From Octopus sinensis (taxonomy: Eukaryota): DNA of 64,000 bases. The first letter of the stretch is position 1. Every line of letters begins with the position of its first letter. Below are positions 37,058 through 47,899 of this stretch, piece by piece. Position numbers and translations under genes: made by a program. The notes beneath the pieces were generated by a model. The model ran no database searches and was not told the origin of the DNA. It saw only the letters and a program-made list of their open reading frames with translations. Location: contig NC_043006.1 of assembly GCF_006345805.1 (NCBI RefSeq), forward strand, positions 67,642,001-67,706,000. Direction: 5' to 3'.

Positions 37058-39606
37058 TGTGTGAGAGAGAATCGTGATGTGGTAGGAGAGAAGTGTGTTC
37101 GCATGGATGATGGTTCACTTGCGCTAAATGAGGATGCAAAGAGAGAGGTTTGGAGATGCCACTATGAAAGGTTGCTGAATAAAGAAAATGAATGGGATAA
37201 AGAGAGTCTGCCGAATGTTGACCCAACAGAGGGACCAGCTATCCGAGTTGATAGTTCCGTGGTAGCTAAGGCAATTAGAAGCATGAAGACAGGGAAAGCC
37301 CCAGGCCCATCAGGAATTACTGCAGAGATGCTCAAAATATCTGGCAGTGTCGGCTATAACCTAGTCACCCATATAGTCAACCAGGTGATACACGAAGGAG
37401 TCATACCCAATGACTGGTGTAGCAGCATACTAGTCAACTGCTACAAAGGTAAAGGTGATGCCCTAGATACAAATAATTACAGAGGTATCAAGCTGTTGGA
37501 TCAAGTAATGAAGGTTACGGAGAGGGTCATAGCCCAACTAATTAGAGAGAGAGTTAGTTTAGATGAGATGCAGTTTGGGTTCGTGCAAGGGAAAAGTACC
37601 ACAGATGCTATATTCCTGGTAAGGCAGCTGCAGGAGAAATACCTAGCCAAAGATAAGCCCCTGTACCTGGCTTTTGTTGACATGGAGAAAGCTTTTGATA
37701 GGGTCCCCCGATCCCTTATCTGGTGGTCAATGAGGAAACTAGGGATAGATGAATGGCTGGTGAGGACTGTGCAAGCCATGTACAGAGATGCCATAAGTAA
37801 GGTTAGGGTTAGCAACATGTACACAGAAGAATTCAAAGTAGAGGTTGGGGTCCACCAGGGTTCAGTACTCAGCCCCCTCCTATTTATCATAGTCCTACAG
37901 GCAATTACGGAGGAATTCAAGACAGGTTGTCCCTGGGAGCTCCTCTACGCTGACGACCTTGCTCTTATTGCTGAGTCACTATCAGAGCTGGAGGAGAAGT
38001 TCCAGGTGTGGAAGGAGGGTTTAGAATCGAGGGGCCTTAGAGTCAACCTAGCTAAAACCAAAGTACTAATAAGTAGGAAGGTAGACAATCCACAAATGTC
38101 TTCAGGAAGATGGCCCTGCTCGATCTGTAGAAAAGGTGTAGGTAGAAACTCTATAAGATGTACCCAGTGTAAGCTATGGACACATAAGAGGTGCAGCAAT
38201 GTCAAAGGTAGGCTAACTGGGAAGATAGTTTTTGTATGTGGCAGATGCTCAGGAGCATTAACCTCCGAAAATCTGCAGAAAATAACTTCAGTCACTTAAC
38301 AAGGGGAAAAACTAGAAGTAGTTGATAGCTTCCGTTATCTAGGTGACCAAGTCAGTAGTGGGGGTGGGTGCGCTGAAAGTGTAACTGCTAGAATAAGAAT
38401 AGCCTGGGCAAAGTTTAGGGAGCTCTTACCTCTGCTGGTGACTAAAGGCCTCTCGCTCAGAGTAAAAGGCAGACTGTATGATGCGTGTGTACGAACAGCC
38501 ATGCTACATGGCAGTGAAACATGGGCCGTGACTGCCAAGGACATGCGTAAGCTCATGAGGAATGAAGCCAGTATGCTCCGATGGATGTGTAATGTCAGTG
38601 TACATACTCGACAGAGCGTTAGCACCTTGAGAGAAATGTTGTACCTAAGAGGCATCAGTTGTGGTGTGCAAGAGAGACGATTGCGCTGGTATGGTCATGT
38701 GGCGAGAATGGATGAAGATAGGTGTGTGAGAAAGTGCCAATCCTTAGCAGTTGAGGGAACCCGTGGAAGAGGTAGACCCAGGAAAACCTGGGACGAGGTG
38801 GTGAAGCACGACCTTCGAACTTTAGGCCTCACTGAGGAAATGACCAGCGACCGAGACCTTTGGAAATATTCTGTACGTGAGAAGACCAGGCAGGACAAGT
38901 GAGCCCAGCCCACTTATGAATGCCTTTCCTCCCTTGGACACAAAGACCTGTTGAGGCAAGCGAAGTCGATATAGAACCTCATCCGACGACAGGCACCCAT
39001 GCCAACCCCCTTTGCTTGCGAAGACATGTTGGGGCAAGCGAAATCGAAATCGAAGTCAAAATCGAATTGAACCAGCCAGGATCCCTGGTCTGGTGGTACG
39101 TAAAAAGCACTATCCGACTCGTGGCCGATGCCAGCGCCGCCTCCACTGGCTTCCGTGCCGGTGGCACGTAAAATACACCAATCTGACCGTACGACAGGCA
39201 CCCATGCCAACCCCCTTGCTTGCGAAGACATGTTGGGGCAAGCGAAATCGAAATCGAATTGAACCAGCCAGGATCCCTGGTCTGGTGGTACGTAAAAAGC
39301 ACCATCCGACTCATGGCCGATGCCAGCACCGCCTCGTCTGGCTTCCGTGCCGGTGGCACATAAAATACACCAATCCGACCGTGGCCGTTGCCAGCCTTGC
39401 CTGGCACCTGTGCAGGTGGCACGTAAAAAGCACCCACTACACTCACGGAGTGGTTGGCGTTAGGAAGGGCATCCAGCTGTAGAAACACTGCCAGATAAGA
39501 CTGGAGCCTGGTGCAGCCTTCTGGCTTCCCAGATCCCCGGTTGAACCGTCCAACCCATGCTAGCATGGAGAACGGACGTTAAACGATGATGATGATGATG
39601 ATGATG
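37058..39606 (+). mobile_element. 5'-truncated RTE-clade LINE: RT ORF 37061-38902 with one in-frame TAA (38297-99), 3' UTR and (GAT)n tail
   Basis: Motifs NYRGIKLL, AFVDMEKAFD, GVHQGSVLSPLLF, LLYADDL, then VDSFRYLG after the stop, in the same frame as ORF 38438-38902 (offset 1377 = 459 codons). No endonuclease domain is present. Confidence 0.96.
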
Positions 39607-39960
39607 ATATCATCATCATCGTCGTTTAATGCCTGTTTTCCATGCTGGCATAGGTTGGATGGTTTGACTGAGGTCTGGAGAGCCAGCGGCTGCACCAGGC
39701 TCCAATCTGATCTGACAATGTTTCTACAGCTGGCTGCCCTTCCTAACACCAACTATTCCTCGAGAGTAGTGTGTGCTTTTTACGTGCCACTGGCACGGGC
39801 CAGTCACTGGGTACTGGCATCAGCCATGTTTGGATGGCGCTTTTTACGTGCCATCAGCACAGGACCCAGTCAGAGGGCACTGGCCACAGCTACGATATTG
39901 GTTCTACTTGACTCAACAGGTCTTCTCAAGCATATCATATCACCTGATGCATCAGGAGTA
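39607..39960 (-). mobile_element. RTE 3'-end copy tail-to-tail with the preceding LINE; other RTE 3' ends at about 8810, 15400, 17710, 19480, 27917, 28530, 31690, 40635, 41330, 49330, 54843, 56330
   Basis: (CAT)nCGTTTAA...CCATGCT.GCAT.GGTTGGA...TTTCTACAGCTGG.TGCCCTTCCTAA signature, identical to the LINE's 3' end. Confidence 0.9.
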
Positions 39961-40164
39961 CTCTTAACACTTGATATATATATATATATGTATATACACA
40001 GCAAATTCAGAAATCATTCTAGGGCAGTTACTAATTTAGTTTAGTTGAATTTTAACTCCCAAAAGAGCTTAATAAAGATTTATTACCATGCAATTATAAA
40101 TAGTTCGGGCCTGTGACACTTATATAGGGATGTGTGTGTGTGTGTCTGCCAGTTCCATGTAGGG

Positions 40165-40634
40165 AGCACCTGTTGCACCTGAGAAGCACCTGTGCTGGTG
40201 CCGCCTGGGAAGCACCCATGCCGGTGCCGCCTGGGAAGCACCCGTGCCGGTGCCGCCTGGGAAGCACTCGTGCCGGTGTCGCCTGGGAAGCACCCGTGCC
40301 GGTGCCGCCTGGGAAGCACCCGTGCCGGTGCCGCCTGGGAAGCACCCGTGCCGGTGCCGCCTGGGAAGCACCCGTGCCGGTGCCGCCTGGGAAGCACCCG
40401 TGCCGGTGCCGCCTGGGAAGCACCCGTGCCGGTGCCGCCTGGGAAGCACCCGTCCCGGTGCCGCCTGGGAAGCACCCGTCCCGGTGCCGTCTGGGAAGCA
40501 CCCGTGCCAGTGCCGTCTGGGAAGCACCCGTGCCAGTGCCGTCTGGGAAGCACCCGTGCCAGTGCCGTCTGGGAAGCACCCGTGCCAGTGCCGCCTGAGA
40601 AGCACCCATGCCGGTACCGCCTGAGAAGCACCCA
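40165..40634. repeat. GC-rich 26-bp minisatellite, about 18 copies (GCACCCGTGCCGGTGCCGCCTGGGAA)
   Basis: Directly visible. The non-triplet period explains the rotating ORFs in all six frames. Confidence 0.97.
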
Positions 40635-41986
40635 GCACACTTAGTAAAGTGATTGGCATTAGGAAGGGCATTCAACCATAGAAACCAAACCAAATCAGTC
40701 TGGAACCTGGTGCAGTTCTGGCCAAACTGTCCAACCCATGCCAGTATGGACGTTAAATTATGAAGATGATGATGTATATTATTTTATGTATGTCAAGATA
40801 TAATAAAAACAACTTGACATTAAACTGAAGAGTTACTCAATACTTTTTAGTAAAGTACATATTTATTATACTTTTACAAGTAGAGGCACAAGTGTAAATG
40901 TGTCTGTGGAGTGCTCAGCCACTTGCACGTTAATTTCACAAGCAAGCTGTTCAATTGATTGGATCAGTTGGAACCCTCGTTGTCGCTGTAACCGGAGTGC
41001 CACAATACCTTTACAAGAAGCAGGGTGACAGTGACTTCAAAGTTTCAGCTTGTTGGACAGGCTGCTCTGCAAAGGCTGTAGCAGACTTTAAACCCTGAAG
41101 CCACTGTCACCCCTCTTTTTGTCGAAGTATAACATATATATATAGTGAGAATTTACAAAAAAAGCAAAAGACGAAGACAGGTGTGTAAACAACAAACAGA
41201 TGTATTAATTTAACGCTTGGGAAGTGAGAAAGTCTTTTATATTTCAAGTCTATGCTCTTCAAAACACAGAAACAGGGAGAGAAAATAGAAAAAGGTTTAC
41301 TGGCTAGCAATGTATCATATATATATATGACTGGCACTGTGCTGGTGGCACATGAAAAGCACCATTCGAGTGTGGTTGATACCAGTGCCACCTGATTGGT
41401 CACATGCTGGTGGCACATAAAAAGCACCATTCAAGTGTGGTCATTGCCAGTGCCGCCTGACTGGCTCCCAGTCCAGTGGCACATAAAAAGCACCCACTAT
41501 ACCCTCAGAGTGGTTGGCATTAGGAAGGGCATCCAGCTGATTAAACTTTGCCAGATCAGCTGTATAAACCTTGCCTGGTGCAGCCTCCTGGCTTGAAAGT
41601 CCTCAGTCAAACCGTCCAACCCATGCCAGAATGGAAAGCGGACGTTAAACAACGATGACGATATAGAAATGAATGAATTTGAGGTTATCTAGATAAATGT
41701 GTGTTGGGGGTTAGAAGTTTTGGGATGAAATTATATTTAGTAGTCTTCTGTATAGGGAGGTGGGAGAGTGGGTGGAGGTCAAGTATTGTAGGTTGTTAGG
41801 TGTTGATAAGGAAAGTTGTTAGGTACTTCCGCTGAGATTCATAGCTGTTATCTGTGCTGAGAAGGGGGGGAGTCATGCGTGCACGCGTGTGTGTGTGTGT
41901 GAATATTTGCACTGGTTTGAACACAAAAGAGCTACTCCATCTTTTACACACCCATCATTCCTGCAGATTCACTGATGCAGTTGTAC

Positions 41987-42278
41987 ATAACCCTTTTGGA
42001 ACTGACCTGCCTGTCTCAGGCAGGTCAGTTCCAAAAGGGTTATGTACAACTGGAAGGTTTTTTTTTTAAGTTTGTATCATTGAACCGGTGGCAGTCTCTG
42101 CCACCGGTTCAATGATACAAACTTAAAAAAAAAACCTTCCATTAAAATTTCGTGTTAATTTATGTCTCAAATCACAGCTTAGTAGTGACAGTTATTTTAC
42201 TAAATTCATCATTATTTTTTAAAGATTGACACAATGCCAGCATAATTCCACTGAAATATGGTAACAAAAGGCTTAACG
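41987..42278 (+). mobile_element. piggyBac-type MITE (second family) carrying a double-hairpin rearrangement; intact relative at 48839-49036
   Basis: Ends TAACCCTTTTG.. / ..GGTAACAAAAGGCTTAA. The internal motif GTTATTTTACTAAATTC is shared with 48839-49036, which has TTAACCCTTT / AAAGGGTTAA ends. Confidence 0.75.
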
Positions 42279-42377
42279 CATACAAACTCATATTCATTTG
42301 TACAGATTCTTATGTATACAACTGCATATGCTTGCAACTATGTGTATATACATCCATTTAAATACTTACATATATAC

Positions 42378-42740
42378 TCTCTCTTTCTCACTCTCGCTTT
42401 TTCTCTCTCCCTTTCTCTCTCTCTTGCTTTCTCTCTCTCCCCCTTTCTCTCTCTCCCCCTTTCTCTCTCTCTCGCTTTCTCTCTCTCTCGCTTTCTCTCT
42501 CTCGCTTTCTCTCTCTCCCTTTCTCTCTTTCCCTTTCTCTCTTTCCCATTCTCTCTCTCCCTTTCTCTCTTTCTCTCTCTCCCTTTCTCTCTCTCCCTCT
42601 TTCTCTCTCTCTCTCTCTCTCTTCCTTTCTCTTTCTCACTCTCTCTTTCTCACTCTCTCTCTTTCTCACTCTCTCTCTTTCTCACTTTTTCTTTCTTACT
42701 CTCTCTCCTCCTCCCCCTTCCCCTCTCTCCCTCTCCCAGA
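42378..42740. repeat. ~360-bp polypyrimidine (CT)n/(CTTT) tract
   Basis: Almost purely C/T on the + strand. Confidence 0.95.
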
Positions 42741-43946
42741 CACACGTGTGTAGTTAAATATGCACATGCTTAGACATGCACACATCTACCTACCATACAA
42801 GGACACACACACTATATGCACATGGCTAAATACATGCATACCCATGTACCATACATACAAACACACACACACACACCACACACACACACGGTCATGAATT
42901 CTTACCTTCAGAAGTATTATTATTCCACTTCTCAGCTGAGACTGTATCTTGAGGTACTAGGTTCAAATTCTCCTTGGGAGTGGTTGAATGGTTGTTCTCT
43001 CTCAGAACATGACTTCAGAGCACCTCCCTCAAAGTACCAGTAATGTGCTACAACAGATTGTGTCAGCTATGTTCCTTGCCTTCTGAGGAAATTATTGTGG
43101 TGGTTTTGTTTGAGCTCTTTACATTCTGAGTTCAAATCTCACTGAAGTCAGCCTGGCTTTTCATCCTTTCTGTGGTTGATTAAATAAAGTACTGTTCCAG
43201 CATTGGGTTAATTACCTCTTCCTTCTTCTCCACACAAATTTCTAACTTTGTATCTTTGTTACAAATTATTATTATTATTATTATTATTGATGTTGTTGCT
43301 GCAGTGGATGGCAGAAATAGCAAGCAGAATGAGTTAAATTCTTTGCAATGCTTAATTACATTTGAGTTCAAATCCACCTGAAGTTGACTTTGTATTTCAT
43401 CTTTATGTGAGGACTATAAAATAAGTCATGTGCTGCGGGTCAGTTGTTACTTCACTGTTCCCAAAGTTTCCCCCCAGATTTTCCCCCTTTTGCCCTTGTT
43501 AAAGCAAAGCAGAAATGAGTAAACACCAGGTGACATATTCTCTCCTTAGATCTGCTGGCTCTGACATCAGTAACGATAAGGTAGAGAAGGATGAGGAGGA
43601 TAGAAAAAGAATATCAGAAGTTGTTGTCTAAGGCCCAAGTCAACCCTGTATGAAACAGACTTATGGCAGTATCATTCCAGATGTGACCACCATGTCTGAT
43701 TGCATATCTATGACTACATTATCCATCATCTTTTTTTGTTTTTCTTTTTAAGAGTGTATAGTGTGCTTTGAGGGTAAGTTGACTGCTATTTCTAGAAGAT
43801 CAGGCTACCATGTAAAGGCTGCCCCCTTTGGTTCAGGTTCCATTCTGGGCACTGGTGTTCACTTGCATCTTCATGAGAAGTCCGTCCATTGGAGATTTAA
43901 ATATGTTAGCAAAAATAAACAGACCTTTAGATTTGTATCTCCACCC

Positions 43947-43982
<36 letters not shown>

Positions 43983-45981
43983 TAGCCATTTGCAATTATA
44001 CATGCACTCACACATATGCACTCACTCACTCACAAGCACATGCACACACTCTAAAATATAATCTTCTACACAGATGCATCCAGATACATATATACACATA
44101 CATACAATCCCTAACCTTCACACACACATACATAATTACATCGTTATGTGTTGTTGGAAGATTGCCAATATATAAGATTAATTAAATCAGCCCATTGTAG
44201 CATCAGACAATAACATACACTCGCATAAGCAAATATACACATACATATACATATATACACATACATATATACACATACATATACACACATACATATACAC
44301 ACATGCATACTTAGAGACACGCCCACAAAATTAAAAAAAAAAGAAGAAAGCAATAAAATCATGATAATCAGGTACCCTAATATCAGATACAGTAGGGTAT
44401 TAAACTGAGTACTTTGAAGCATTTAGTTATCCTGAAGTCCTGGGTTCAAATCTTGCCTTGGTCAATTTCAACAGTTTTGTCTTTCTGGGGTTGATGAAAT
44501 ATATGTACTGGTTTCTATATCAATGCACTACACCACCACCCCTACCTCCACTTCCTGCAAAATTTGAGGCCTTGTGGGTAATTTTAGAAATAACAAGGTA
44601 TGGCTGTATGGTTAAGAATCTCACTTTGTAACATGGTCTCCACTGCATTGCACCTTGGGCCAAGTATCTTCTAGTATATATAGCTCCACGCTGACCATTG
44701 CCTTCAGTGAATTTGGTAAATAGAAACTGTACGGTAGCCTTGTCATGTATGTATGTGTGTATCTTTTTGTGCCTGTATTCCCCCACCCCCCTGCTTGGTA
44801 ACCAGTGTTGTGCACAAGTCCAGGCAAGGTTGTTTTGTGGCAGACCAGCAGTTACCCACACATACTAAACTGACCTCTCTGCATCACTGATGTTGTCCAA
44901 GGAAAGGCAAAGGCCAATATAGCTTGGCATCAGTGACATTGCAACTCAATTCTACAGCTGAGTGAATTGGAGCAACATGAAATGGCCTCCAGACAGAATA
45001 AACCATGATCCTCAGACAGAAGGAACCTCCCTGTTGTTGTTTAGCCCCAGGTCATCCTCGATCTTATAAGCCTATGATCAGATGTGACTATTCCATTACA
45101 TAGTGTAGGCAGGACTAGGTGCAGGCATGGCTGTGTGGTTAAGAGGCTTGCTTCCCAACCATTTGGTCTTGAGTTCTGTCTCACTTCATGACACCTTGGT
45201 CATGTGTCTTCTTTATGGCCTTGGCCCAATGAAAGTCTTACGAGTGGCTTTTTAAGAGGGAAACTGAAAGAAGCTTGTCATTTTATATATACAGCGGGGT
45301 ATCACAAAAGGCCCGGTTGGAGGCCCAAACCCTCTGAGTTCTTTTATATGGCTTAGAAAAAACTGAAGAACCGCTGCAATAAGTGTATGAATCTGAGAGA
45401 GGAATATGTTGAATAAAATAATTAACTGATCCTTCTTAACTACACAGCCATGCCTTATTATTTCTAAAATTACTCATAGGGCCTCAAATTTTGCAGGAAG
45501 TCCGGGTAGGAGGCAGTGCAATGGATTGATGTAGACTCCAGCACATATTTCATCAACCCCAGAAAGACAAAAGTAATCTGATTTGAGGGCGATGTGGTTG
45601 CTATTTCCAGCATGCTGAGCAACATTTAGAGGCTCCTTTGGAGATGAGAGTGAAGTAGTCACTTAGATTACAAAGTGCAACAGTCACTCTTGAATTATGT
45701 GTCTGATATGGTAGGTTGTTATTGACACTTTGCACTTGCAGTGTCTTGTTCAACACTTACCACCACCACAGCCACAGCCTAAATTTTAACAGGTTATATT
45801 TATCCTACAAGGCTGTAACTGCAGTTAGCAGAAGTCCCTGGAGGGGAAATAACAGATGTTCATGTATAGGATGTGGTGTAAGAAAAAAAAACTGTTTGTT
45901 ACTGCTACAGTGTTTTATAAAAGGAGGCATTAATGTCACAACTTCCTGATTATTTCTGGTGTGATTATATAGGTAGTGCAT

Positions 45982-46110
<129 letters not shown>

Positions 46111-46467
46111 ATGGTGCAAACATATATACACATGTAGATATATATACCCTCATATATTTATACATACTTACAATGAGACATGCAGATACTATATATGTAG
46201 CTAGACACCTATATACATATGTATAATGGTGCATACAGATATACAGATACTACATATAAGACTACACATGCACATTTTCTCTTCTCAGACAGTCATATGC
46301 AACATACATACCATTATACATATATATATATACACACACACATTATATATGCACATTCACACAACATGCCATTATATATAATATATATATATATACATAC
46401 ATACATGCATACAAACACGTACACTATATACTGTTATATATGTACATTTATAGACCACACAACATTT

Positions 46468-46530
<63 letters not shown>

Positions 46531-47679
46531 ATGCATATACACACCACCTCTTCACTTCCCTTTTACTCAAATACACCTCCTCTTCCTCCATTCACATATA
46601 TGATCTTTATTAAGAATGAACAAATATTCTTTGACACACATCTGTGTGTGCGTGCGCGTGTGCACACACACACACACACTCTCTCTCTCTCTCTCTCTCT
46701 CCTATACATACCTCCACCCTATATCAGTCAGTAGTTCTCCTACTGCTGTGTTAGTGATAATACTTAAGACTCCCCCTACACCACCACCACCACTTTATCT
46801 TCCCCTTCACCGCTCACTGCACCACTTTATCCCCTCGCTACTGCTCCCTCTCTACACACTAGAAGTAGAATGACAACATTAAAAGATTAATCCTTCTTAA
46901 TCTGATGTGATTACAGAATTAGGAATAGAATAGAGCAATGGTGTTGGTGGTAGTTACAGCAGTGGTAATGGTGTTGTTTGTTGTAGTGATAGTAGTAGCT
47001 GTCTTCTGCCTAAAATCCTGCTACTTGGGTAGTAATGCCTTACCCACAGTCTCACACAATGCATAAAATATGTCTTGTCCTTGTTCTTCACTTTTGACTA
47101 AGGAGAATTATGGTTGAACCTGACCCAGTGTAATACTGGTATTATGATTCATCAAGTGTTATTACTTAATATTGCAAAGTTAGTTCCAAGTAGGATTTGA
47201 GCCTGCTACTTTGCCAGCGTTCCTCCATCACTCCTCCACTACTTTTATATAAACTGCACCTTCAGTCTCTACCATACGTCATCACAAATGATGCACATGC
47301 AACATGTAGTCCTCTATATACTCTGTCCATGTTTCATTGCCATGCATCATAGCCTTACGCACACACTGCGTATAGTTCTGTATTAGTACCTATTTCTTTA
47401 TTACCCACAAGGGGCTAAACACAGAGGGGACAAACAAGGACAGACATAGGTATTAAGTCGATTGCATCAACCCCAGTGCGTAACTGGTACTTAATTAATC
47501 GACTCCGAAAGGATGAAAGGAAAAGTCGACCTCGGCGGAATTTGAACTCAGAACGTAACGGCAGAGGGAATACGGCTACGCAATTCGTCCGACATGCTAA
47601 CGTTTCTGCCAGCTCGCCGCCTTAGTACCATCACATATAGTCTGCCTGATGTACTGAGAAATGAGCTGTAATCAAGAGA

Positions 47680-47899
47680 TACAAGGGGATGCTGAAAAGT
47701 TCCTAGTTTTCAGAGTATTGGAAAAGGCCTGGTTGGAGGTCGAACCTTTTGAGTGCTTTTACTGGGTTTAGAAAAACTGAAGGACTGCTGCTATAAATGT
47801 GTGAATCTTAGAGGAGAATATGTTGAATAAAATCATAATTAACTGATCTTCCTGTATTTTCTTTTGCCCAAAGCCAGGAACTTTCAGCACCCCCTTGTA
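47680..47899 (+). mobile_element. mariner-derived non-autonomous element; decayed copy at about 45289-45440
   Basis: TA-flanked TIRs TACAAGGGGATGCTGAAAAGTTCCT / AGGAACTTTCAGCACCCCCTTGTA. The internal frame reads GLEKLKDCCYKCVNLRGEYVE*, similar to mariner transposase C-termini. Confidence 0.82.

Noticed and set aside
38979-39566. 195-aa and 156-aa ORFs after the RT stop
   Set aside because: They lie in the GC-rich, internally duplicated 3' UTR and the frames are not conserved in the 34016 copy.
40190-40440. Idea that the 26-bp unit is an A-to-I-edited UTR motif (TAAAAAG -> TGGGAAG)
   Set aside because: Fusion of two existing UTR words (GCCAGTGCCGCCTG at about 41447 plus AAGCACCC) explains the unit more simply.
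40083-40693. Six overlapping 126-199-aa ORFs
   Set aside because: Produced by the stop-free 26-bp GC-rich array.
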